Shown: in pieces, positions 26,338 to 39,010 of the stretch
Layout of the letters: every line of letters begins with the position of its first letter
How positions within the stretch are numbered: the first letter of the stretch is position 1
From: Lytechinus pictus
Lineage: Eukaryota
Direction: 5' to 3'
Assembly: GCF_037042905.1 (NCBI RefSeq)
Contig: NC_087252.1
Span: forward strand, 9,674,001 to 9,738,000
DNA length: 64,000 nt
Program-made: the position numbers and the translations under genes
The notes under the pieces: model-generated
Database searches by the model: none
The model's input: only the letters and a program-made list of their open reading frames with translations
What the model was told of the DNA's origin: nothing

Positions 26338-27252
26338 TTTCATTTGCCTAATCGAAGGTAACATAAAAAAGGAGAAAACGAAGAAATAGACTGAATTTGG
26401 ATTTGCATCACTTAAGATAAGATTTGTAGGTCATGTGGATTCCTATGGCGCAAGTCGAAAGTTTGAATAGATATTGCTAAATAAAAAAATCCTCTCCTGT
26501 TCACTATGATAAAGCATTATAATGCACAATACTTGACTTTACCTCTGGGGTGCTCTTGGAAAAAGGTTTCTTGTCATCATTATCAGAGAATACCTAAGAG
26601 AGTATTTGTATTGGGGTAGTCGTGCGTGACGTAACAGCGTGCACAATAGTTTTTGCATTAACGTGATAATTAAGACGAGTGGTTGCAAAGCGCGCGCGAC
26701 ATCAGTGGAAAACGCTAATTTAGCTTGCACAAGCGATAATCACCCCTCAATCGATTCGCATCTCCTCCGCTATCTATTCATGAATTCCACCCCATGTTGG
26801 AGTCTATTCATCCATATGTGTTTTGTTTGCCTTCATTGGAGCTCAAGATTTTTGCTAATCTACTAATGAGCACACGCCATATGCATGCAAAATATAGAGT
26901 CAATGATACTTTCTTGTACACGGTAAGCCTAAACCATAAAATGCATCTTTGCCCATCATATAATATGGTCTTTCAAGACTGCAGCTCTTAAATTTCTTTC
27001 CTGAGACATTTTGCTTTGACCATTTTTTATGGTAAGGCCTACACTAGGTTCCTGGTACTAGTACGCCAGGTACTAATAAACCCAAATCCCTGATCGCTTG
27101 TCAATCATACGAAGTTTAGCCTACGAGTACCAAGTACGATACAATTGCTGAAAACATTTGCACTGTCTGAAATGATTTTTACATCATCACTACCCTGGTA
27201 CCATCGTGGGTTTTAAATGATATTGAGACGTTAATGATTGATTTTTTAAGGA

Positions 27253-28450
27253 TTGGGAGAGGCAAAATCAAAAGGAACGTTATGTGTATGGATTACGAAA
27301 AAGCAGGAATTGGAATGATAGATTTTTTCTTATTTGTATTTGCACAAAGGCTTATGTGGTTAACGAGACTAATACTAGGAGAGTCAAAAATAGGATGGAG
27401 AATGATTTTCATAAATAGGACCCATGAGTTTGGAGGTTTGCTAATACTTTTTCAGTGACATCTCTTTAAATTTGAGCGAATTGTCTCTGCCAAGCTTTTA
27501 CACAAACATGTTTGAAACATCGGGGGCTACGAAAGAAGCATTGCTTAAAAGGAAACGTCTAAAAGAAATGAGGTGTTCTTCAATAATAAGTTTATACGTT
27601 TGGACGGATATATGTTATGTGAAGAACTTTTTTTTTCTTAGAAATATGTATAAATTATATCATCTAGTTGATGACAGAGGTAATTCTAAATCATCTAGAG
27701 ACATCGCAAGGATGAGGTTAAAAGAAGATGAGATATGATATCACCGCACAATATAAAAATAATCCAGCTACATGGATATGAAATGCCCCTTGAAGAAACA
27801 GATAAATGAAGGGATACAGCTTTAAAATCTTGAATTTGTATTTCATGGAAATGTAAACTCACTAGCTAATATTACAACTAAGAAAATCTATGAGGCTTTG
27901 TTAAACATGAAATATGAGAGGTCATGTGCTGTAAAAACATGGAAGGAACACATGACTTTTCCGAAGAAGATACCGATACAGTATATTAAGACCTATATAG
28001 GATAATTTTAAAGGAGTTTCAGTTTAAATTGTTATACGAACTTGGATTTTCCAAAAATATTTGTTTAGATTTAAATTAGCAATAAATAATGTTCATTTTG
28101 TATTAAAAGTCGAGAGATCTATGAGTACAATTTCTTCACGTGTGAAAACATAAGAACTATGTGGAGAGACTGCGGTTATTTATTTAATCTACGTCAAATT
28201 GACAAAGTTAATTGAAGGATGTTCATATTTGAGTTAAGGTTTTTTATAGAGGGAAGGAACAATTACTAAATCATATTATTTTTCTAATCAAATATAATGA
28301 TCTTTGAGCATGGTGAAGAAAAATGCAAAAAAGTAAACCCCAACCCCTCAGGAGATTAGGAAAAATATTGGTGGAAAATGAAAATGAGGAAAAAGACAGC
28401 GCGCGGCACGTGGGAAATTACCGAGTCACCTAAGGAAGTGGGAACATTTT
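27253..28450 (+). mobile_element. 5'-truncated, decayed Tx1/L1-clade LINE (ORF2 C-terminal region)
   Basis: Peptides KIKRNVMCMDYEKAGIGMIDF..QRLMWLTRL..IGW, TTKKIYEALL, KEFQFKLL and FTCENIRTMW are typical of the Tx1/L1 ORF2 after the RT domain; multiple frameshifts and stops. Confidence 0.8.
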
Positions 28451-31400
28451 TACACGTCATGACGACGAGGTGTTCCGAATTCACATTTATTTTTAGGAAT
28501 AGATTTATGACATGCACTTATTTTCATGTGACAGCTGTAGGACACTTCATGTGGACAGATGTGATGCACTTGATCAAGACATCTGTGTGTTTGTGAAGGG
28601 GTGCGTTCGTGTGTGTTGGGTTTTTTTCATGGGGGGGGGGGGGGAGCTATGAGTGTGTTGGAGTAGTCTGGGGATTATAAATCTTCTCTCATGTGTCTTA
28701 TTGTTTATTTCTGAATTATTTACATGATTCAAGATTTTTGTTTTGTCATACAACCATCAATGAATGGTAAATAACTTTGTTTGTTACTAGTATTAGGTTG
28801 TACTTCATTTCAATGTTTATATTTAATTGAAATGAATAGTTTGTATATGTGTATGAGTGTAGGAGAAAACAATGAATATTCCTTGGAAAAACATACTAAA
28901 TTAATCTTGTTAGAAAAATATATATTACGTAGTTTGAGAACAATCAGTATATGGTTTAGAATTTTACCGTGGCTTTTTTGTTTTAAGATGTGTCAATAAT
29001 CTGTACTTTTTTTTTCAAAGTACAGTGTGGATGTGTTACAGAATTTATGATCATTGTATAGGTTAAACCGAGTTTTGTAATCACGAAGTAATTTGATTTA
29101 ACACGTTTTGAATTATTAATGATGAACTTAATGTTTTACTATGTTCAAATTTGTGTGATGAGATAAGAGAATAAAAGACCCCCACTCCCAATATATATAT
29201 ATATATATATATATGTACATATATATCAAGTAGGGGGGGGCATGAAAAAATGCAGGGAAAAAAAGATTTATGACAAGTATATCAGAACTCCTGACAACTA
29301 AAAATCTTATTGTCATTTCATTTGTCGGTGTGCTTTCGTTTGTGATTTGATTCACGTATTACTTCTGTTGATTTGGGAATAAAAATAACATCCGCGCCAT
29401 TATATAGTTTCAATCAATCAACTGCTCAATGTCTTTTTTTATCTCTCCTTTTTAGTCACCATCTTCTCCCGTCTATCTCTCTGTTACCTGACAGTTTATC
29501 TTACGATCTCTCTCCCTCTCTTCTCTCTCTCTCTTCATCTGTCACTTAATCATTCACTCCATCACTCTTGTACTCACGCACTTACTCAATCCATCAATGA
29601 ACCAAACTAAGGGGCGAAAACTTCACCTTTTTGAGGAAATATATCCGTGTCGATGTAATGCAAAAATATTTATTGCACGTGCACTCACCTTGACAAAAGC
29701 GACGAATAATTTACTCTCGTTTACCTAATGAATTATACAGGTACACATCGCGCAAAAGTATATCCCTCAAACATGATGGTGTGAGAGTATGAATTAAATG
29801 GAATGCGATAATCATCAGATTGTAAATATATTCATGCAAATTGCCTTGGGACTATCATTTTCGATACAGGTGGTTTTCTGTGTAAATCTTTATCTTTTGG
29901 AGGTAAGACGAGCGTTATGAACCAAATGTGCATGCTCTTTATGCCTAAATAACTTTGGTAACGGTCTATCGAAAGCATGCCATATAATAATAAAATAACT
30001 GTATGCTTCTTATTAAGCGGTTTTTTCATTTTCTGAATAAAATGCATGTTCATGGATTATCACACTAAAATGACTCAAATCATAAAACGTTCATAATATT
30101 TTGAAGCCTATATAGTGAACAACAATTGGCGGCTGAAAGTGCTAACATGCGTATAATAAAAATGAATAATAAATCACACAATATATTAAACAACATGAAC
30201 AATATACACAAATATTGATTTAACCATGACGAAAATATATTCATGGAAAGTAACCATCGAGTGGTTTGAAAAAAAAAAGCTTTATTAGACAATGCCAAAT
30301 AACTAAAGATGTATTCACAATTAAGTTATTCATTTTATTTCATCTGACTGTAAGAAGAAAAAAGTGGTGATTTAAAGAATTTTTTTCCAATACCGCGCGG
30401 CTACATAAACATCGTACTCATAATCATCATATTTAAAGTCTTTTTTACTAGAAAAAATAATATGTCAGACAAATTTCTTCCAGCCTTTTAAGCACGAGAC
30501 AGATCAAGCGATATTGCGGAAAGTGTATGCATCAGTGGTTTAATTTATCTTTGTAGATATAACAATATTTCAATGCAAGTCTGTTTCAATGAATAATTCG
30601 TCATCCAAAATACATTCAATACACGCTCGTTCTCTCGTTTATCGTGTTTCTTGTGGTTTGAATTAATCTTGTTCTTTCATATTCGTAAAAGTAAGATTTA
30701 ATGTCGCAAATCTGAGACATAACATTGGCATGATTTGTAGGAAATTAATAATGCTTGCTAGCTTAAGAGTATAAGAATATTAATGCTTTAATATTCTTGG
30801 GTACTAAGAAGTCAAACATTTTGTAGGCTTTCAGTACTTAAAATGATACTATTGAAGCAAGTGTGACATTATGATATGCAATCATACCTTGACAATAAAA
30901 TGATTTTCGTGAAACGGGGAACATACCGAAAACAGAATGGTCACAGTTTGTCAGAAATCGGACTAGGAATAACAACAAAATCGCTATTTTATCAATAGGA
31001 TCACTTCAAACTTTATCTTACTCTCAAGGAGGTCATTTGGTAAGTAGGCCTAGATTATGACAAGCGATATGGTAAATTGTTCCATTTGCCATGCACTCAA
31101 TTATCAGAAATCAGGTTTCCGAACATCGTCTTCTCTACAATATTCATTCTGGGGGTACTTCATGAAAGACTTGCCAGTTGTTTTGTCCGACATTCTGTTT
31201 AATATATCTTATTGTAAAGCGCAAAGAGAATTAAGTATTTATTATCATGCTCTTAATAAATCTATAATAATTATTATTATCCGACATTTATCATAGTAAC
31301 AGTCGGACACTTGTGCCTTTAAACTAATGAAAACTAAAACTGACTTGTCGGATAACACAAATTTGATGAACCCCTGAGTCAAATTTTAAACTATCAAATT

Positions 31401-31626
31401 TAAACTTGTAACGAAATGTATTTCATATTTCGAACCAATTTTCATTCAATCTATTTCGCGCATTGGAGCGAAGAGAACGATGGTACATAAATGATAGTTG
31501 AACCTAATAAAAGTAGGGAGATCAAAACATCGTTATATAATGAAATAAGGTGCATGACGAAAATGAATTATGAGGAAGACAAAATGTGTTCACAGGGAGT
31601 TGATTATGAAAGTAAGTGGTACTTAC

Positions 31627-33184
31627 GTGCATCAGGTTTGTATCCCGCGGAGGGTGACGGCGATGATTGTATGCCAGTCGATAGACTGCCCGAGGGTTGA
31701 AGGGATGATGATGCTAATAGTCCTTCCGTTGCTATGGAGACGTTTGGGGAAGATGTTGACCCGGGTAGATTAGGATCGGAGATGGTTGTTTCAATACTAA
31801 TCTCGCTCGTGGTATAAAATCCAGAACTGGTGGAAACATGAGATGTTCCATTTGGGTTTTCCTCGAGACTTGGTGGAGATGATGATGATGATGGTAGTTG
31901 TGATGATGATGATGACAATGGTGGGTATGGTGATGGTGATGTTGAAAATAAAAATCTTGACAATGGTGGTGTCTGTGACGTCAAAAAAGTGGATGTTGGA
32001 TATGGGCTTGGAGAGATTAGGACAGTATCAGGTAATTGAGTTTGAGGAGAGGAAGATAGAGACGAAGAAGATGATGATGATGATAAGGATGTAAATGGGG
32101 GAGGGGATGGCATCACAGTCACCGTATGAGATGTTGAAGATAATGATGGAGTATTCAATGGGGATGATATTCCTAGTTTCGTTGAAACCTGATTTGAATG
32201 AGGAGGGGGTGTAGGTGTGTTCGATGACATAGCCGATGTTGTTTGGAAAGGCATCTGCGTTGACACTAACGTCTTTGTACTTATTGTTAATAATGGTTTT
32301 GTTGATGATGTTGGTGGTGGCGACGATGACGACGACGATAGTGAATGCAATATCGTTCTATAACTTGACTGCATCTGTGTTGTTTCCGTCTCTGATTGAA
32401 CTGGTGATATAATCCTTAAAGTGGTAGCAGAGCTCAAATCAAGACTTGTCTCTATTGATGATGGGTGCACTGCTGAGCCCATGGGGCCCACTGATTCGGG
32501 GCTCCTTTTAAAGCGTTTCCTTTTGCCTTCTATCAAATCAATTTTCCTGAATTTGGAAACAGTGACATGGGAGGTTTGATATACAGTTGAAGAAGGCAAA
32601 TTACTCGATGACGCGCTCGGTGTCGTAATCGACCACCGCGAATCGTCATCGTTATTTGAAATTAGATGAATAGGAGAATGATAAAAGAAGGCACTTGATG
32701 GGACGCCAGTAGGCAAGGTGCTCGAGATCGAAAAGGCATTCACACCTCTTGTTCTCCGACGGCGAAGCGACTGTTTCCACGCTCTATCCACTGCCAGCCT
32801 ACCGTCCCTACCACCACCACTTTTCTGGTAGAAGCTAGCGCTCGTGTTAAATGAAGACGGTTTAGTCAGCCCGGGTTCAGCATGCGACGAGTTCGTATCA
32901 TTATCTCTTTTTGTGACAACGATCACCGATTCATTATATAACACCGTTTGTGAATGAATCTGTCTAACATTTACAATTAAAGGCGATTGCGGCGCTTTAA
33001 GGCCTCCAAACATAAATCTCAATTTAGATGAAAGATCTTGTGAAGCGTTTATGAGTGAAGATTCATCACTTGATGTTGACGGAATTGAAGTTGATTCAAG
33101 GTGGTTTCCAGACGCAATGAAGTAACAAACGAATGATAGATTCCATAACGTTACCTGGATGACAAGCCATTGTCTCAGATGCAT
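31627..33184 (-). CDS. First coding exon of a secreted or cell-surface mucin-like Ser/Thr/Pro-rich protein (signal peptide, furin sites); identity unknown
   Basis: 1.6-kb stop-free frame. ATG at 33184 begins MHLRQWLVIQVTLWNLSFVCYFIASG (signal-peptide-like). Several N-glycosylation sequons (NAS, NES, NDT, NSS, NTS, NGT, NVS). RRRRTR and KRKRFKR motifs. Consensus donor GCAC|GTAAGT at 31627/31626 (phase 1); read-through would stop at 31604. Confidence 0.85.
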
Positions 33185-33323
33185 CCTCGAGATGAGGGAG
33201 GGAGAGTGATAATGGTGTAACAATAACCACTGCTCTCCACCTCCGATCGTTCAAGAGTGAGTGATAGCCGAGTCTCGCGCCACGGGAGATGAATAACACC
33301 GCGCGTTTTGACAGCTAGTGGTT

Positions 33324-33784
33324 CGGATATGATATCAATTGGGCTCGCACATCATTCTCACTCGCGCACCACCTGAGCCATCTCTCTCCCTATCCCTTTG
33401 TCTTTCCGTTTCTCTGTCTCAGTCTAAAAATAAAGTAGTCGTGTTTACTATTGTTTTTCTTCTTTCTCTTACAGCTACACTGTAAAAGCTGTGGTGTTAA
33501 AACTGACACCAGTTGGTGTTAATAGAGGACCACACCCTGATGTGTTAAAATTACACCCTAGACTAGAGACTGTACATAACACCAACGAGTGTAAATGTAA
33601 CAACCAAAGGTGTTGTAATAACACCTATAGGTTTTAAACTAACGCTGTAAATTTAACACCGGTGTAAAATAACTGATGTGGTCCTCTATGTACACCGGTT
33701 AACAGCGTAGTTTCTGCTGTGTAGAACGGATATGATATAAATTGAGCTGGCACATCATTCTCACACTCGCGCTCCGCCTGAACC
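33324..33784 (-). promoter_or_regulatory. Putative promoter region with a duplicated ~55-60-bp element
   Basis: cggatatgatatcaattgggctcgcacatcattctcactcgcgcaccacctgagcc (33324-33378) versus cggatatgatataaattgagctggcacatcattctcacactcgcgctccgcctgaacc (33727-33784). The proximal copy has CCAAT on the minus strand, ~150 bp upstream of the ATG. Confidence 0.4.
33478..33721. mobile_element. MITE with CACTGTAAAA terminus, TA target and ACACC/GGTGT repeats
   Basis: ta|CACTGTAAAAGCTGTGGTGTTAA...TTAACAGCGTAGTTTCTGCTGTG|ta; internal inverted tagaggaccacac / gtggtcctcta. Confidence 0.75.
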
Positions 33785-34230
33785 TCCCCCTTCATTCTTT
33801 CTTAGCAAAATCACTCTCGACTTCCAATCAATAATATTGACAGCCATTTTAAAATCTACATCCTAAGTTCACATCTTGCTGAGATGTAAAATGTCTACAC
33901 TTTATTTATCTTTTGCTTATCTCCCTCTCTCTCTGTCCCTTTCTAACTTTGTATTTCTGTCTCTCATATATATTTGTATATTGCCCTTTTTTCTCTAGCT
34001 GTCTCCATTCCTTCGTCTATGTTTTTCATGTCACTCTCTTCTTCTTCAGCGCTTTCTCCTTTTCTTTCTATCTCATTCAATTTTCTCTTTGTATTTTGCA
34101 GTCCTACCCCCTCCTATCTCTCTCTCACTCACTCACACACCTCTCTTCCTTTCTTTTCATCCCCCTGTGCTTATTCCTCGTTTCCTATAACATTCCACGT
34201 TATGAGATATATCCCGTTTCTTTATCTTAA

Positions 34231-34831
34231 AGGGATGGTCCAAGCTGGAGATATTTATATCCCAATAAATAGAGTAAAATTCAGAGAGCAAAATGCTAAA
34301 AATTTGATCAAAATCGGATAACAAATAACGAAGTTATTGACTCTTAAAGATTTGCATTATTCCAGTGAAACAGCTCTGGGCATGTCTTTATGAATATTCA
34401 TTGGGTGGGCTGATGTCATATCCCCACTTGCTCTCTTGTGTTTTATTACGTGAACTTAGGTTTATCCAAATTCTTTCTACCAAGAACTAAAAAAATTGGA
34501 TTGATAACTAATTAAGTGCATTAGTTATTTATTTCCGCAACTTATTTCATTATAATGGAGACACATCATTCACACATGTATGAAAAAATGAAACAATTAT
34601 ATACGATTTCATGTAATAACAAAAGAAAAAGGAAAGTGGGGATGTGACACTATGCAGCCCACCTAATGAATATTCATGACGATGTGCATAACTGTTTTCA
34701 CAAAATATTAATAAGCTTTAGAATTCAATAACTTCGTTATTTGTTATCCGATTTTGATAAAATTTTCAGCATTTTGCTCTGTGCCGTTTACTCAATTTAT
34801 TTAGATATACAGATTTTCCCGGACCATCCCT
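34231..34831. mobile_element. Kolobok-like MITE, copy 2
   Basis: TTAA|AGGGATGGTCC...GGACCATCCCT|TTAA; long inverted arms. Confidence 0.88.
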
Positions 34832-36276
34832 TTAAGTTTTGATATAGAATATTGTAATAAGCTTTCCGTTCATTTTCTTTGTTATATCGTAATTTTTGAA
34901 CGTTTGTGAGTTGATAATTTCAGCATGTGTTACTGGTCCGGTTTTTATGTATAAACCAAAAAATATCGATAATCCGGACCTTACCCCCCCCCCCCTTATG
35001 AGAGACCCACAAAAATTTTCTAAGGCCATGCATACGCAAATACCTAAGTCAGAATTTTTTTGCTTGCCAAATTTTTCGTGGAACAAAATGATCTACATTT
35101 TGTAGTGAAAACCCTTTTTTTGGTCACAATTTGTTCCTGTACAAAAATGACCCCCCCTGGATCTGCCCCTGCAGGTAATAGATAAAAGCCCGGATGGTGT
35201 TGTTGTTTCATCATGACTTTATTCAAGTTCAGAGACAATGATATAATATACATACATAAAGAGACCAGGTCCACCGTTTCCATTCAAAACAAATGGCAGG
35301 TCAATAGATGGATTACAAAACGAAACAAGTAACACGTACCAATATAGAACATTATTTAGGGTGACATAAATGCAAGAAAATAAACAGTGAAAGCTGTCAT
35401 TGGTATCACGTTGAAAAAAAAACCCCACTTAATCAATTTTCTAAATAAAAAATTAAATGGAATTAATTATTGCATATAATTTGATATTATGAGAGGTGTT
35501 ACGTATATACAATAGGACGGTAGTGGTCATCCAATTTCCACTACGGTATCGACTTAATTATTATAATTATTATTATATACGGACGTGATCATTATAATGT
35601 TTTTGTGTATTCAGATCAACTTAATTAGCTATTGACATCACAAAGTTATGAAAGTAATGTTAATAAAGTACATTTGCCTTACGCTAAAAACATAACTAAG
35701 CAAATTATCCTGGGCCCTTGGGGATGGTTACGGGTCCAAGTGTCGTACCTCCCCCAGGTTCGCTCTTTTCCTGCGTAAAATATCGAAAAAGAGAAGAGTA
35801 TGGCGAGTTTAGAAAGGGTATGGAAAAACTCGGTTGGTCGGATGTTTGAGCTTGTTATTCTGAGGGTTTTTTAAGGCGGTGTTTATTATTCCGTTCTACT
35901 ATGCCCCTTGCCCCGACTTCTATCGCGTGGAATGACACCGTGTAACCCTTTTCCTTGATATCCCTAACGATCGAGTCATACTTTGTGACTTTCCTTTGGT
36001 GTGTGCATCATTAATGTAGGTTTCAAATGGGATTGTTAATTCGGTGATAGTTGAGTTATCTCTTTCTGTTCTTCCCGTAAAATGACTAAATTTGGGCGCA
36101 AAGTGGTTGTGAGAATGTGGGGAGGCATGGTTCCCCCGGCAATTGAATGCCCTTCTACGTCATTATTAATATTCCTGTTAGTCAAAAAATGTTTTGTGCA
36201 TGAACCTCAAATTGTTATTATGACGCCACTCCTATCTCTCAAGCAGACTGGGCAATTTGAGAGTATATGATGAAGG

Positions 36277-36521
36277 CACTAGCGTACCTACGGGGGGGGG
36301 GGCAGAGGGGGCAGACTGCCCCCCTGACTATAGTCACAACCCATGCAAGGGACATATCCCTGCCCCCCTGACGAGTCTTGAATATTTTTTTTTTTGCTTG
36401 TCAATTTTTTTTCTGGTACGAAATCCTTTATTTGTGTTTGAAGACCTTTTTTTTTTGCTTGTGTAATTTTTGGCGGACGAATTTGCCCCCCCCCCTGTGA
36501 AAGACCCTAGGTACGCCACTG
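36277..36521. mobile_element. Young hAT MITE with perfect 8-bp TSD
   Basis: GATGAAGG (36269-36276) | CACTAGCGTACCTA...TAGGTACGCCACTG | GATGAAGG (36522-36529). Confidence 0.92.
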
Positions 36522-37124
36522 GATGAAGGGTGCCTGTGGTACCAGGGCAGAATATACACTTATCATTCAGGAGTTTACCCGGTATGCAAATTTGTATAAG
36601 AGGGCAAAGAGTCAATACATGCATTAACACCAAAACCTAGAACTCGTTTTGGGAGATTATACATAATAGATTTCCAAGTTATAAGTTTTCATTTTCCAGT
36701 ATCAACAAGGAGGCAAATTTTCCCTGAACCAAGAGTGGCTCCACTCTATCAGATCAATATTTGACTGTGTCTTCCTCTATCATCTTCTTAATATAATGAA
36801 ATCAAATGATTTATAACAACCATTATTGCGTTATAATTGTACTTAATGTCGTCATTATCATTTTTAGGCTGTAATTACTGTATTATTGTAATTTTTAAAC
36901 TCTTCTACTACTTCTACTGCTATTGCTGCTCTTGCTATTTCATTTGGGAAGTTTGGGGAGGAAGACCTTCGGGTGACGGTTATTGAGTTATTCCAACTCT
37001 AATCAAGATTTTATTTACTTTATCATGCAACACGACTATCATTGTTGTTCACATGTTGTTCACATGACTTGTTTATGTATGTAGCTTCTCTATGTACTTC
37101 AAATACCAAATAAACAACGATATT

Positions 37125-37480
37125 AATATCAATGATAATAGTAATGATAAAAATAATAATAATGATAATAATAATTATATTATTAGTAATAAAGAAAATA
37201 ACAATGATAATAATCATAATAATAATACTACTACTTCTAGAAGTGGTACGACTACTACTACTACCTCTTGAAGAACTAGATATCACTATCTTTTAAAGTT
37301 TCAAATTTCTTGGAAACCTACTAGGCTACTACTACTACTATTACTACTACTACTACTACTACTACTAATATTAATACTACTACTACTTCTACTACTTCTA
37401 CTACAATTTGTACTCACATCACTACTCTCACTACCAGTGCCAGTTGTAGTAGTAGTAGTAGAAGTAGTAGTAGTAATACT
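37125..37480. repeat. Compound (ATA)n/(TAC)n/(GTA)n microsatellite
   Basis: Trinucleotide runs visible directly. Confidence 0.9.
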
Positions 37481-37518
37481 ACACTATGTATGTACTGCAT
37501 CTCCAAATAACCTATATA

Positions 37519-38081
37519 CCGTGTGAGTCATAAAAAACTAGACATCTCACAAATCCGCATTCTAAGGAAAAATTATCTCTTGAACGCATAATCATTACAT
37601 ATGGCTGGAAAGGGAATCTTCTCCCAATTAATTTGATACCTTATTTGTGTGGTATGTGTAAAGGCTTGGATAATCATTCTTTGAAGTGATGTACATTCTT
37701 ACTTGCGCCAGAGTAAGGCATGACTGCAATGAATAAATCCAGATGCCATGATGTCATAATCCTACATGAGTTCGTAAACATATTTTCATATCCTTTTTAA
37801 ATATTGTAAAAGGTGTTTTGAAATGGATGTTAATGCAACCGTTGTAGGAGTATGACATCATTAACATCTGGATTCATTCATTGCAGTCATGCCTTTCCTT
37901 GGCGAAAATCAAAATTTACATCAATGTAAAAAAAACACCTCCCGATCATACAAGTGTTAACACATACCACATAAGTATGGTATCACATCATTTGGAAGAA
38001 CATACTCTTTCAGGCCATATATAATTATTATGTGTTCATTACATCATTTTTTTACATCAAGTTTTTTTATGACTCGCACGG
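37519..38081. mobile_element. Tc1/mariner-type foldback MITE (TA TSD)
   Basis: ta|CCGTGTGAGTCATAAAAAA...TTTTTTATGACTCGCACGG|ta; long inverted arms (gcatgactgcaatgaat / attcattgcagtcatgc). Left-arm-only copy at 47436-47690. Confidence 0.88.
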
Positions 38082-38142
38082 TAGAGTAGTAATCACAATG
38101 TACTTTCTGCTGAACAAGCCTCTGTTCTTGCCAACCCGTACA

Positions 38143-38279
38143 TCATTTATCCATGTTTGGATTTACCTCGGGTTTCTTGATCAGTTTAGGAAACATCATG
38201 AAAACGAAGGTCAAAACATCAACAGAGGCGAGTAGAACGAATGATGCTGCATACGTTGAATACCTGTCAGCCACCATGC
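38143..38279 (-). CDS. SLC16/MCT-like MFS transporter, exon 4 (last): GMVADRYSTYAASFVLLASVDVLTFVFMMFPKLIKKPEVNPNMDK*
   Basis: Acceptor aaaacag|GC, phase 1 matches exon 3; G-x-x-x-D-x-x-x-x-Y motif before TM12 typical of SLC16; stop TGA at 38145-38143. Confidence 0.88.
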
Positions 38280-38525
38280 CTGTTTTAAGAACAATTTGTT
38301 CAATTAGCATAATCAACGTGATTGAAATACACGTTAAGTACTTGTAACTATGAACAGTATTTTATTATCAAGCGGTTTTATTCCGCCGAATTATAAATAC
38401 ATTATAGAAGTGATGTAATAACAAGGCATAAGCGATGTTGTGTCTCGTCCACGTGTGAAAGTAACCAGTAATATCGTGATTTGCGAGGGCATGCAACAGA
38501 ATTGTATCAAAAAATCATTGTAAAA

Positions 38526-39010
38526 TAACTGGGATGGAAAAACAATTGTCATAAGTGTCTTGCACGTGAACTTAAATGTTGACCTCAAATGACCTTTGAC
38601 CTTACCATGTGACCTCTGAACAAAATAACATGCAGGTCTCCTAAGTAAAGTTACCACCCAAGTTTGGTTCAAAAGTGACTTACGGTTGCGGAGTTATGCC
38701 ATAACAATGACTCTAAATAACCTTTGACCTTGCCATGAGACCTCTGACTGCGCCGTGATATTCAGGTCTCCTAAATACATCTACAACCCAAGTTTGGGAG
38801 AAAAGTGACCTAAGGTTGCGGAGTTGTGAGCCATAAGAGAGTCAATTCCATGTAAACTTTAATGTTGACCTCAAAATGACCTTAGACCTTACCATGTGAC
38901 CTCTGACTGCACCATAACATGCAGGTCTCCTAAATAAATCTACAACCCAAGTTTGGGTTAAAAATTAATTACAGTTGCGGAGTTATGTGTCATGAGAGAG
39001 TCTTGCAAGT
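38526..39010 (+). mobile_element. Helentron/HINE-like element fragment (internal tandem repeats) in SLC16 intron 3
   Basis: About 3 units of tgacctttgaccttaccatgtgacctctgactgc..atgcaggtc..ccaagtttgg..gacttacggttgcggagtta, homologous to 54893-55479; 3' hairpin absent. Confidence 0.75.

Noticed and set aside
31491..32094. Plus-strand ORFs 31491..31700, 31570..31773 and 31843..32094 (Met/Val-rich)
   Set aside because: Mostly antisense shadows of the TCA/CCA-rich mucin-like exon.
33185..33223. ORF-track start of the 539-aa ORF at 33223
   Set aside because: It is a TTG codon; the first ATG (33184) directly precedes the signal-peptide-like segment.
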